Shown here: one piece after another, positions 1-9,098 of the stretch
How the letters are laid out: every line of letters starts with the position of its first letter
How positions within the stretch are numbered: position 1 is the stretch's first letter
Source of the DNA: Candidatus Velesiimonas alkalicola
GTDB lineage: Bacteria > Omnitrophota > Gorgyraeia > Velesiimonadales > Velesiimonadaceae
Assembly (NCBI GenBank): GCA_013626165.1
Contig: NDHX01000008.1
Span: forward strand, 3,316 to 67,315
Reading direction: 5' to 3'
Length of the DNA stretch: 64,000 bases
The notes under the pieces: generated by a model
The model's input: the letters and a program-made list of their open reading frames with translations, nothing else
Database searches by the model: none
What the model was told of the DNA's origin: nothing
Position numbers and translations under genes: made by a program

Positions 1-489
1 TTCTCCAATTGCACATCTGTCGCTTATTATAAGAATGGCAACTAAAATTCCTGCCTCATTCTCTATTTTTATTCTGTCTTTTACTCTTACCCTGCCTCCT
101 TTTAGAACCTTGGCAAATATCCCCTGGGAAGGCAAAATGCAGTTGCCCAATTTTTTATAGATTTTACACGGTCTTTTACAGGTCTTGCCTATCTGAGTTA
201 TCTCAATTAAAATGCTTTTTCCTATCTTAAGCCTTACGCCTTTTACCAAACTGGTAAGTTCTATGCCTGATGTGGTTAAATTTTCTCCAAAACCACCACA
301 GCCAATCTTCAAGCCCTTCCTTTCTATCTCCTCTAAGCTCTCACTGGCTAGAAGACTCAACTGTCTCAGGCCCGGACCAGCGTGCGCATCTCCTACCAGA
401 CCATAATTCTCTTTCAGTATTCCTTCCTTTACATCTTTCTTTGAAGTGCCTTTTTTAACACTTAGACAGACCGCTATAATCTCTCCCAT
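1..489 (-). CDS. MOSC-domain protein fused to the start of a MoaB/Mog-like domain (runs off the left edge)
   Basis: Hand translation from ATG 489: MGEIIAVCLSVKKGTSK..GLVGDAHAG..RQLSLL..GFGENLTTSG..EITQIGKTC (MOSC), then ILVAILIISDR (typical MoaB/Mog start). Missing from the ORF track because it has no stop in the window. Confidence 0.8.
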   Translation of the reverse strand, partial: MGEIIAVCLSVKKGTSKKDVKEGILKENYGLVGDAHAGPGLRQLSLLASESLEEIERKGLKIGCGGFGENLTTSGIELTSLVKGVRLKIGKSILIEITQIGKTCKRPCKIYKKLGNCILPSQGIFAKVLKGGRVRVKDRIKIENEAGILVAILIISDRCAIGE

Positions 490-566
490 CTTAATCTCCT
501 TGCGCCGCTTATTTAACTTCTTCCATTGAATTTTCTAGCGAGCCTAAAAGCCCCTCACACTACGGG

Positions 567-1010
567 CTACAGTTTTCTCTTAAAAAGTTCTCCGCTTTCA
601 CCTCCTTTTTTCTCCAGGAGCATAATATCGGCGATCTCTATTGACCTATCGTACATTTTACACATATCGTAAATGGTCAAAGCGGAAACTGCACAAGCCA
701 CCAGCGCTTCCATCTCAACCCCGGTTCTATCCATAGCCACTACATAAGAAACGATTCTAATTCCAGAATTAAAATAAGTAAAAGAGATTTTGATATCTAA
801 AATAGCCAGTGGATGGCAGAGTGGAATAATATCTGATGTTCTCTTGGAAGCCATTATACCGGCCAGCCTGGCCTGTTCCAGAACATCTCCTTTTAGAATT
901 TGGCCCTCCTTTATCAGGGTTAAAACTCTTTTCTTCAATTTGACAACTGCCTGTGCCGTGGCCTTTCTTCTGGTTATCTCTTTCTTGCTTATATCAACCA
1001 GACCATTCAA
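567..1010 (-). CDS. moaC: Cyclic pyranopterin monophosphate synthase
   Basis: VDISKK, KGDVL, IPLCHPL, TGVEMEAL and TIYDMCK motifs. Confidence 0.95.
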   Translation of the reverse strand: MNGLVDISKKEITRRKATAQAVVKLKKRVLTLIKEGQILKGDVLEQARLAGIMASKRTSDIIPLCHPLAILDIKISFTYFNSGIRIVSYVVAMDRTGVEMEALVACAVSALTIYDMCKMYDRSIEIADIMLLEKKGGESGELFKRKL

Positions 1011-1033
1011 TCTATCCCGAACCTCTTTGATAT

Positions 1034-2029
1034 TTAGCCTCCAATATAACTCATCGTAAACTCATACCTTTTTGCTCTTTTTCTTGACTCGTTTAAAAAT
1101 TCATTTCTAACGGGTCTTGAGTATTCTGGTTTTTCCATTATAAGTTTTTCTATTTCTCTTTTAATCTCTTCTGAAGGCATGTTTGCCCTTAACATTTTTT
1201 TAAGATTTAAGGAGAACGGGGAGAAAAGACAGGGGTATAATCGGCCATCTGAGCTGAGGCGCAACCGATTACATTTGGTGCAAAAAGGCTCACTATTTGT
1301 GTTTATAAAACCTACTCTGGCTTTTGCCCCGTTTATTCTATAATTTATTGCAGGACCATTGCCTGCACTATCTGCGGGCAGAAGTTTTCCAAACTGTTTC
1401 TCCAGAATCTTTTTTATAACTTCGTTAGGAATAAACCTTTTTTCCAGACCTAAGAACTCTCTCCTTGTGGAAAAATATTCTATAAATCTAACATCTATAC
1501 CGAAATTCAAGGTTAGTTTGGCAAAGTCAATTATTTCATCATCATTGAGCCCTCTTAAAATAATGGTATTTACCTTCAGATGAATAAACCTCTGAGCATC
1601 CTTTATTGAATCCCAAACTTTATCAAAGAGGTCAAACCCGGTAAACTCTTTATACCTGTCCCTTTTTAGTGTACTGAGACTTATATTTACCCGGCTTAAA
1701 CCTGCATGGAGAAGAGAGATCAGTCTGCGCCCTAAAAGGATACCGTTGGTTGTCATACTTATCTGAAATATCTTATCTTCAGAACTTATCATTTTGATAA
1801 GATTTTCAATATTGCGTCTTACCAGAGGTTCGCCCCCGGTTAGCCGCACCTTTTTAATTCCCAATTTGGCCAATATCTTAACCAGAGAGGCTATTTCTTC
1901 ATAACGCAATATCTCGTAGCCGGGAATATAATCTTTCCTCACCATTTGTGGCAGGCAGGCGGAAGGCAAGCAGTAGAAGCAGTTTAAGTTGCAACGGTCA
2001 GTAACCGAAATCCGCAAGTAATCTACCAT
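1034..2029 (-). CDS. moaA: GTP 3',8-cyclase (radical SAM)
   Basis: YLRISVTDRCNLNCFYC, RLTGGEP, CTKCNRLR..CLF, C-terminal IGG. Confidence 0.95.
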   Translation of the reverse strand: MVDYLRISVTDRCNLNCFYCLPSACLPQMVRKDYIPGYEILRYEEIASLVKILAKLGIKKVRLTGGEPLVRRNIENLIKMISSEDKIFQISMTTNGILLGRRLISLLHAGLSRVNISLSTLKRDRYKEFTGFDLFDKVWDSIKDAQRFIHLKVNTIILRGLNDDEIIDFAKLTLNFGIDVRFIEYFSTRREFLGLEKRFIPNEVIKKILEKQFGKLLPADSAGNGPAINYRINGAKARVGFINTNSEPFCTKCNRLRLSSDGRLYPCLFSPFSLNLKKMLRANMPSEEIKREIEKLIMEKPEYSRPVRNEFLNESRKRAKRYEFTMSYIGG

Positions 2030-3216
2030 AGAAAAACCTCCGCAGAGGAGTTCTTTTCAAGAAAGGTGATGGAGTCTGGAATTATCATAAAACCATCGGC
2101 TTTGACCAGAGAGATTATATCTGCAGAACCGTGATATTCTCTTAACGGATAGATGGTATGCCTGTTGCCCTGCATTTTAATTTTAGCCGGAACAAACCTC
2201 TTTCTGCCCGGTCTTTGAGAATAATCAGATGTGACTGTTCCTTTTCTTAAGTTAAGATTAAGAGTTGTCCCCATCATTCTATTTATGGCAAGCCTTATTA
2301 AGGTTAAAAAGAGAAGATATGTAGAGACCGGGTTGCCCGGCACTCCAAAGATTAAATGCTCGCCTTTTTGCCCAAAAAATAACGGTTTACCCGGCGTTAT
2401 GGCTAATTTATGAAATATCTTCTTGACGCCGCATTTTTCCAAAGCAGCTGGCACCAAATCATAATCTCCCACAGAGACGCCCCCGGAAATTATAAATATG
2501 TCAGAAGAAAGTCCTTTTCTTATCTTACAAATAAGGTTTTTTTCCTTGTCTTTAACTATTCCCAGATAGTCTGGACTGATCCCCATTTTTTTAAGAAGAG
2601 CAATAAGCATAGGACCATTGGAGTTTCGTATTTTACCAAAAGTGACCTTTTTGTCAGGCTCAACGAGCTCATCACCTGTACTTAAAACAGAGACCTTAGG
2701 TCTTCTGTAAACTTGCACTTTACTTTTACCAACAGCGGCGCAGACAGCAACCTCCGGACCTCTTAAAACGGCCCCCTTCCTTAGGATGATTCTTCCCTTT
2801 TGGACATCTTCTCCTTTGAAGCAGACATTCTCTCCAAAAGATGGCTTTTTCATAATCTTTATGTAATTGTTTTTTAGAGTCTCGATATCCTCCATTTTTA
2901 CCACACAGTCAGTCCTTTTAGGAAGAGGTGCTCCTGTCATAATTTTCAAACATTCTGTTTTTTTAAGTTTATCCGGCTCATACTCCCCGGCTCTTATCTC
3001 CGACTTCACCTTCAAAACTGCTGGAACATTTTTTATCTGTCTGTGGGAGAAGGCATAACCATCCATTGCTGATTTATTAAAGGGAGGGACATCCATATCA
3101 GAGGCTATTTCTTCAGCCAAAACCCGGTCCATGGCTTCTTCAATCCTTACTGTCTCTCTGCCAAGCCTCTTTATCTTTTTGAGAATTAATCTTTGTGCCT
3201 CTTCAAACTTAATCAT
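2023..3216 (-). CDS. moeA: Molybdopterin molybdotransferase
   Basis: SAMDGYA, IMTGAPLP, STGDEL, SGGVSVGDYD, PGKP, PGNPVS. Confidence 0.95.
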   Translation of the reverse strand: MIKFEEAQRLILKKIKRLGRETVRIEEAMDRVLAEEIASDMDVPPFNKSAMDGYAFSHRQIKNVPAVLKVKSEIRAGEYEPDKLKKTECLKIMTGAPLPKRTDCVVKMEDIETLKNNYIKIMKKPSFGENVCFKGEDVQKGRIILRKGAVLRGPEVAVCAAVGKSKVQVYRRPKVSVLSTGDELVEPDKKVTFGKIRNSNGPMLIALLKKMGISPDYLGIVKDKEKNLICKIRKGLSSDIFIISGGVSVGDYDLVPAALEKCGVKKIFHKLAITPGKPLFFGQKGEHLIFGVPGNPVSTYLLFLTLIRLAINRMMGTTLNLNLRKGTVTSDYSQRPGRKRFVPAKIKMQGNRHTIYPLREYHGSADIISLVKADGFMIIPDSITFLEKNSSAEVFLW

Positions 3217-3227
3217 TTTATCTTCTT

Positions 3228-3995
3228 TTACAAGGTAATTCTCTCTTCACCCGCATAGATATTCATCCTTTTTCCTCTTACAAAGCCAACCAGGGTCAGG
3301 TTTCTTTCCCTGGCTATTTTAACCGCCTGGTCAGTAGGAGCGCTCCTTGTAACAAGGACGGGTATGTCACATCTGATTGCTTTAAGTACAATCTCCGAAG
3401 ATAGGCGGCCGGAAGTAAGCATGATTGAGTTTTTCATTTTAAAATTTTTAAGAAGCGCCTCTCCAATAACCTTATCCAGAGCATTGTGGCGTCCAATATC
3501 CTCCATAAATATTTCTATATTCTCTCCCGTAGTCAAAGCAGCACTATGAACACCCCCTGTCCTTTGAAAAGAGATAGAGGACCTGTGAAACTGAACCATA
3601 ATCTGAGAGATTTTTTCATGGTTTATCCTTAGTTTGGAATCAAGCCTCTTTCTGTCAACCGCATCTGCTGAGTAAAGAATTGTTCCTTTTCCGCATCCAG
3701 AAGTGAATACTCTTTTAAATATTTCTTCTCCCCTATTATTTTTTCTTTTGGTTGCCACCGCCGCAGTCCACCTCTTGTCATCTGTGGTAAGTTGTTTTAT
3801 CTCATTATTCCCGGCGATAAGACCCAGAGAATAAAGAAATCCGACTACTAATTCTTTTAACTTATTTGGGCTGCATAAAAGAGTTGCCAACTCTTTGCCA
3901 TTATAGTAAATGGTCAAGGGTATCTCTTCGGTTACCACATCCTTAACCACCCTTCTTTCTCCCTTATCAATCTTGTTTATCCAAACCTCTTCCAT
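3228..3995 (-). CDS. fdhD: Formate dehydrogenase accessory sulfurtransferase
   Basis: SGCG, TGGVHSAAL, EDIGRHNALDK, TSGRLS, SAPT. Start moved to ATG 3995 because the upstream ORF extension is repeat-derived. Confidence 0.92.
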   Translation of the reverse strand: MEEVWINKIDKGERRVVKDVVTEEIPLTIYYNGKELATLLCSPNKLKELVVGFLYSLGLIAGNNEIKQLTTDDKRWTAAVATKRKNNRGEEIFKRVFTSGCGKGTILYSADAVDRKRLDSKLRINHEKISQIMVQFHRSSISFQRTGGVHSAALTTGENIEIFMEDIGRHNALDKVIGEALLKNFKMKNSIMLTSGRLSSEIVLKAIRCDIPVLVTRSAPTDQAVKIARERNLTLVGFVRGKRMNIYAGEERITL

Positions 3996-4003
3996 ATTCA
4001 CAT

Positions 4004-4054
4004 CAGAGCACCAGAGCACCAGCGCACCAGTCACCAGAACACCTGGGCACCAGA
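4004..4054 (+). repeat. Short tandem (G)CACCAG(A) repeat array
   Basis: cagagcaccagagcaccagcgcaccagtcaccagaacacctgggcaccag; the same unit occurs at 15139-15170 and reversed at 40786-40860. Confidence 0.8.
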
Positions 4055-4104
4055 CCTTTATAAGCTTTCCTAATCTTTCTACATTTCTTCATTGAAATTC
4101 CGAC

Positions 4105-4767
4105 TCATTCCCCTTTTTTCAAAAGGGGTGGCAACGAAGTTGACGGGGTATTTATATTCAAAAATGAGTTTTTTTCCTCTTTTCCTACATCTACGTACTT
4201 ACATTTACAACCATAATTCTTAAAAAGATGTTTTACTGAAAAATCCTTCCCCTTAAGCGTCTTTTCAATCTTGGGAAGAAGGGTTTTTGAATAGAGAGCA
4301 TGCAGGGGTTCCAATCCACCGTTCAAACAGGGAACTATACAATCTACGCTTTCTTTCTCTGAAACATTGCAGTGTGACCCTTTTAAGGTCGTCGCCCCTA
4401 CGAAAGTAGAGTCTTCGGCCTCTATAAGTGACAGGATTCTTTTTATTAAACCATTGTGCAAAAATGGCATATCTACAGCTAAAAAAAACCCCCACTGTTT
4501 TGTTATCGTTTTTAAGCCAGTATAGATACCGCCGAGGGGTCCATACCCCTTGACCAGGTCCTCAACTATCTTAATTTCTTTAAATTCTCTAAAAAGTTCC
4601 TTATCATTGGTGACTATAAGTATCTCCTCAAAAAAGGATTTCAATACATCCAGAATCCTACTTATAACCCTTTTACCATTTATAGTTAAAAGCTCTTTCG
4701 GAAATCCCATCCTTTTGCTCTTTCCTCCTGCCAGAACCACCCCCGCCGCAACATCTCTGTATATCAT
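4105..4767 (-). CDS. mobA: Molybdenum cofactor guanylyltransferase
   Basis: VLAGGKSKRMG, GPLGGI, AVDMPF, EPLHALY, NINTP. Confidence 0.92.
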   Translation of the reverse strand: MIYRDVAAGVVLAGGKSKRMGFPKELLTINGKRVISRILDVLKSFFEEILIVTNDKELFREFKEIKIVEDLVKGYGPLGGIYTGLKTITKQWGFFLAVDMPFLHNGLIKRILSLIEAEDSTFVGATTLKGSHCNVSEKESVDCIVPCLNGGLEPLHALYSKTLLPKIEKTLKGKDFSVKHLFKNYGCKCKYVDVGKEEKNSFLNINTPSTSLPPLLKKGE

Positions 4768-4786
4768 ATTGCTCTTTCCCTTCTTT

Positions 4787-6427
4787 TCACTTGTTTTCTG
4801 CATTGTTTCTTAATTTCTCTATTCGTACCGCACAGACCTTAGTCTCGGGGGTTTTAGCAATAGGGTCCAGAGCCGGGTTGGTAAGCACATTGGTGGGGCT
4901 TTCAGCAAAGTGGAAGGTCATTGAGACCAGACCCGGTGGTGAGTCCTCTGTCACCTTGGCTTTAGCCATCACTTCTCCCCGACGAGAAACCACCCGTACC
5001 ATTTCACCATCACAGATCCTAAGTTTGGTGGCATCCTTTGGATTCATCTCTACCTGCTCCTGAGCCATCAATATGTTAAGACCATCCACCTTCCGCGATA
5101 AGGTCCCATGATACTGATAAAGGCAGCGCCCGGTGGTAAGGACCAGGGGATACACCTTATCTGGAATTTCTGCCGACGGCTTATACTCTAAGGGGGTAAA
5201 TTTACCCTTACCGTTGGTAGTGCGAAACTGCCCAATGTGAAGAATCGGTGTCCCGGGGTGTTCCCGGTTAGGACAGGGCCACTGCAAACTTTCGTTCTCC
5301 AGGCGCTCGTAAGATATGCCCTTGTAACTGGGAGTAAGGGAGGCGATTTCCTCAAAGATCTCGGCAGGATGGTTAAAATCAAAGCCCTTGCCGCCCAATC
5401 TTCTCGCTATCTGGCAGGTGATCCACCAATCTGGGCGTGAATTACCAACGGGTTCTATCGCTTTACGCACCCGTTGGATGCGTCGCTCACTATTAGTAAA
5501 AGTGCCGTCCTTCTCAGCAAAACTCACCGCTGGTAAGACAATATCAGCAAATTTAGCTGTCTCGTTCAGGAAGATGTCCTGGGCAATAATGAATTCTATG
5601 GTTTTGAGTCCCTCCCGAACCTGCTTGGAATCAGCTACACTCAACACCGGGTCAACACCAATAACATAAAGGGCTTTAATCTTTCCCAAAACCGCTGCCG
5701 GCCATATTTCAGTAAGTGTCAATCCTGACTCAGGATTAAGGTTCACGCCCCAGGCAGTCTCAAATTTCTTTCTAATGGTTTCGTCAGATACCATTTGGTA
5801 GCCAGGATAAACACTGGGTAGGCAACCCATATCGCAAGCACCCTGGACATTGTTCTGTCCCCGCAGTGGATTGACCCCTGAGGAAGGTTTGCCGATATTC
5901 CCGGTCAGCATCACCAAATTAGCCAGGGCAAATACATTATCAGTGCCGTGGGAGTGTTGAGTAATGCCCATAGACCAAAGAGTGGTTGCCGGCTTACTGC
6001 CTGCATAGATTCTGGCAGCATCAACTATCTTCCCCTTGGGAACGCCCGTGATTCGTTCAACCATGCTTAAGTCAAAGTTATTTAGTGACTTTTTAAATTC
6101 ATCAAAGTTCTCGCAACGCTCTTCAATAAAGGCAGTATCAACCAATCCCTCATCAACAATCACCCGGCTCATGCCCATAAGCAGAGCAACATCACTACCC
6201 GGCCACTGCTGTAGCCAGATATCAGCAAAGCGACACAGGTCAATATATCTTGGGTTAGCTACAATGAGTTTGGCTCCGTTTTGAGTTGCCTTTTTTACTC
6301 GCAATCCAATTATTGGATGGGCCTCTGTGGTATTAGTGCCTATAGCCAGTATGCACTTAGCATCACTAATCTCACTTATGGGATTGGTCATTGCTCCACT
6401 GCCAATTACGCCTAATAGCCCCGCCAT
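4787..6427 (-). pseudogene. fdhF: Formate dehydrogenase alpha subunit (FdhF-like), 5'-truncated
   Basis: AGL..GSGAMTN, LRGQNNVQGACDMG, EKDGTFTNSERR, LTTGR and a molydopterin-binding C-terminus are present. The Fe-S N-terminus and the CARL(C/U)H catalytic segment are absent. The ORF extension beyond 6427 is the antisense of tupA. Confidence 0.85.
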
Positions 6428-7159
6428 ATCATCTCTGCCGGGACAGGGATTGCCATAAGATATGCCGAGAGAGGGGATGTTGACATGCTCCTGGTGCATG
6501 ACAGGGTGCGTGAGGACAGGTTCGTGAAAGACGGGTATGGCGTGAACAGGAGATGCATCGCATACAACCACTTTCTTATTGTGGGACCAGCAGATGACCC
6601 GGCAGGCATCAGAGGAATGAGCCCGGAGAATGCGGTTACAAGGATAATGGGGGCAGGTATGAAGGATCCAAAAATTCAGTTTGTTTCACGGGGAGACAGT
6701 TCTGGTACACATACAAGAGAGAAACTGATATGGAAGAGCGCTGGCTACAATGTTGAGATGGTGAGAGACTCAGGGAAATGGTATGTAGAGGCCGGGAAAG
6801 GCATGGGAGCAACGCTGGTGATGGCCAGTGAGAAATCCGCCCATACATTGATAGATATTGGGACATTTCTGGCATTTGCTGGCGATGTGAATTTGGTTCC
6901 GCTCGTTGAGGAGGGAGACACCTTGTTAAATCCATATGGAGCGATTGCGGTAAATCCAGAGTTGCACCCACATGTGAACTTCAAGATGGCAAACAATTTC
7001 ATAAGATTCCTGATATCACCAGAAACGCAGCAAATAATTGGTGAGTTTGGCATAAAGGAGCACGGAAGACCTTTGTTCTTTCCATTGGCCGGCAACTGTA
7101 AGAAGATAGGATGTCCCACATGGAAAAAGTGTTTGTTATTGCAGATAGATACTAAATGA
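6422..7159 (+). pseudogene. tupA: Tungstate ABC transporter substrate-binding protein, 5'-truncated
   Basis: HIISAGTGIAI..GDVD.LLVH, YNHFLIVGP..DPAGI, FVSRGDSSGTH..E, GMGATL, LLNPY. In-frame TAG at 6416-6418 upstream; no signal peptide and no TTTS motif. Confidence 0.85.
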
Positions 7160-7842
7160 ATGAGATAACGACAGGACTCCTGAAGGCGATTGAGCTCATA
7201 GTTACACTTGACCCTGAGGTTATGAATATAGCCGGCAGAAGTCTGGCTATCTCTTTGACCGCTACCCTTCTTGCCTCCCTTGGGTGTATATTTTTAGGAG
7301 GTCTGGTCCACTTCCACAATTTCACCGGCAAGCGAATCCTGATCAATTTCATCCAGACGCTCTACAGCCTTCCAACCGTTACCGTTGGGCTTTTTGTTTT
7401 TTTGCTATTATCAAGGGCGGGGCCGCTTGGCATCTTCGGCTTGCTTTTCACACCAACCGGAATGGTAATAGGGCAGATGATATTGATTTCGCCCATTATG
7501 ACGGGCTTTACCATTTCAGCCCTCAGCGCTGTTGGCCCTCAGATAAAGGACACTGCCATATCGCTTGGGGCAAGCAATTTTCAAGCAATCTTTGTTATTA
7601 TAAAAGAGGCGAGGTTTGCTATCCTGGCTGCTGTGGTGTTGGGCTTTGGGAGAGCAATATCCGAAGTCGGTATTGCCATTATGATCGGTGGGAATATAAG
7701 AGGATTCACCAGGGTATTCACCAGTGCCATCGCCCTAGAAACAGCGAAGGGAAACATAGAACTCTCAATAGCGCTGGGAATTATTCTTATGTCACTGGCG
7801 CTGGTGATTAATTTACTTTTAGGCCGGATACAACAGGGGTAA
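7156..7842 (+). CDS. tupB: Tungstate ABC transporter permease
   Basis: LPTVTVGL, SRAGPLG, GFGRAISEVG..GGNI.GFTR. Confidence 0.9.
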   Translation: MNEITTGLLKAIELIVTLDPEVMNIAGRSLAISLTATLLASLGCIFLGGLVHFHNFTGKRILINFIQTLYSLPTVTVGLFVFLLLSRAGPLGIFGLLFTPTGMVIGQMILISPIMTGFTISALSAVGPQIKDTAISLGASNFQAIFVIIKEARFAILAAVVLGFGRAISEVGIAIMIGGNIRGFTRVFTSAIALETAKGNIELSIALGIILMSLALVINLLLGRIQQG

Positions 7843-7849
7843 GAAGAAT

Positions 7850-8974
7850 ATGCCTTTAATAGAGGTTTGCGGACTGTATAAAAGATATGGCAAGACAGAG
7901 GTCTTGAAAAATGTGAGTTTTGGTGTTGAGCAAGGCGAAACCCTGGCGATCATAGGGCCTATAGGCACCGGAAAGACCACACTCTTGCGGCTGCTGAATT
8001 TACTTGATACCCCCACAGACGGCAAAGTGTTATTTGACGGCCTGGATACCACAAATGTAAGCGAGAAGATTAAGTTAAATGCTCGCCGGCGCATGGCAAT
8101 GGTATCTCAAAAGCCAGTGGTATTTAACGCTAATGTCTACAGCAACATAGCATATGGTTTAAAGGTGAGGCGAGAGAGTAATATTTATGAAAAAGTTACC
8201 AATGCACTGGAGATGGTCGGCCTTTCCAGATATAAAAATAGAAAAGCGCCCACTCTGTCAGGAGGAGAGATGCAGAGGGTGGCCCTGGCACGAGCGATGG
8301 TGGTAGATCCTGAGGTTTTACTGTTGGATGAGCCGACGGCGAATCTCGACCCCAGAAGCGTTGATATAATAGAAGGGATGATAATGCGCCTTGGGCATCA
8401 CATCGCCATACTAATGACAACACATGATATGACTCAAGGACAGCGTTTGGCACACCGGATAGGTGTGTTGATTGACGGTGAAATTATACAGATGGGAAAA
8501 CCATGGGAGGTTTTTACCAGGCCGGAGAATATGCAAGTGGCTAAATTCGTCGGGATGGAAAACATTATAAAGGGCACCGTCAAATGGAATGAAGGTGGGG
8601 TCGTTGGCATAGATGTTAACGGAAAAATCATAGAGGGCATCTCAGATTATCATATTGGCGAAGAGGTGTATGTGTTTATCAGACCGGAAGACATCACTCT
8701 TGCCTTATCCATTATCTCAAGTAGTGCCCGTAATGTGTATGCCGGGGAAATAAGGTTGATAACTTTTTTGGGGCCACTTGCCCGCGTTGAGTTAAGTTGT
8801 AATTTTCCTCTTGTGGGGCTGATCACTAAGGCATCAACTCAGGAGATGGAATTGAAAGTTGGTAAATGTGTTTATGCCTCATTTAAAGCCGCGGCTGTTC
8901 ATATTATCAAATGTTGTTGTTTTTTTATTTTTAACACATTACTATATTACTATTATTATTTTATATATAAATAA
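7850..8974 (+). CDS. tupC: Tungstate ABC transporter ATPase with TOBE domain; C-terminus reads into AT-rich DNA
   Basis: GPIGTGKTT, LSGGE, LLDEPT, SSARN TOBE motif; low-complexity tail CCCFFIFNTLLYYYYYFIYK after HIIK. Confidence 0.85.
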   Translation: MPLIEVCGLYKRYGKTEVLKNVSFGVEQGETLAIIGPIGTGKTTLLRLLNLLDTPTDGKVLFDGLDTTNVSEKIKLNARRRMAMVSQKPVVFNANVYSNIAYGLKVRRESNIYEKVTNALEMVGLSRYKNRKAPTLSGGEMQRVALARAMVVDPEVLLLDEPTANLDPRSVDIIEGMIMRLGHHIAILMTTHDMTQGQRLAHRIGVLIDGEIIQMGKPWEVFTRPENMQVAKFVGMENIIKGTVKWNEGGVVGIDVNGKIIEGISDYHIGEEVYVFIRPEDITLALSIISSSARNVYAGEIRLITFLGPLARVELSCNFPLVGLITKASTQEMELKVGKCVYASFKAAAVHIIKCCCFFIFNTLLYYYYYFIYK

Positions 8975-9098
8975 TAATAATAGTAATATACCTTGTTAAA
9001 TTGTTAAAAATAATATAACCTTATTATATCTATATTATTATAATATATAAATCCTGTTTATAAAACTTAAAGTTTTTAGTAATTTTAATATATTTTTA
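8920..9098. other. Candidate oriC / DNA-unwinding element downstream of dnaA
   Basis: Almost purely A/T. 18-bp inverted repeat 8943-8960/8973-8990. TAA-TAA-TAA-TAG-TAA run at 8972-8986. Box-like TTTTTAACA (8928-8936), TGTTAAATT and TGTTAAAAA (8994-9010), TGTTTATAA (9055-9063). Confidence 0.7.

Noticed and set aside
3990-4060. CRISPR array from the CACCAG and other short repeats
   Set aside because: Units are 7-8 nt with no unique spacers, and there are no cas genes
6428-6571. Novel N-terminal extension of FdhF in the 594-aa ORF
   Set aside because: It is the antisense reading of the tupA remnant
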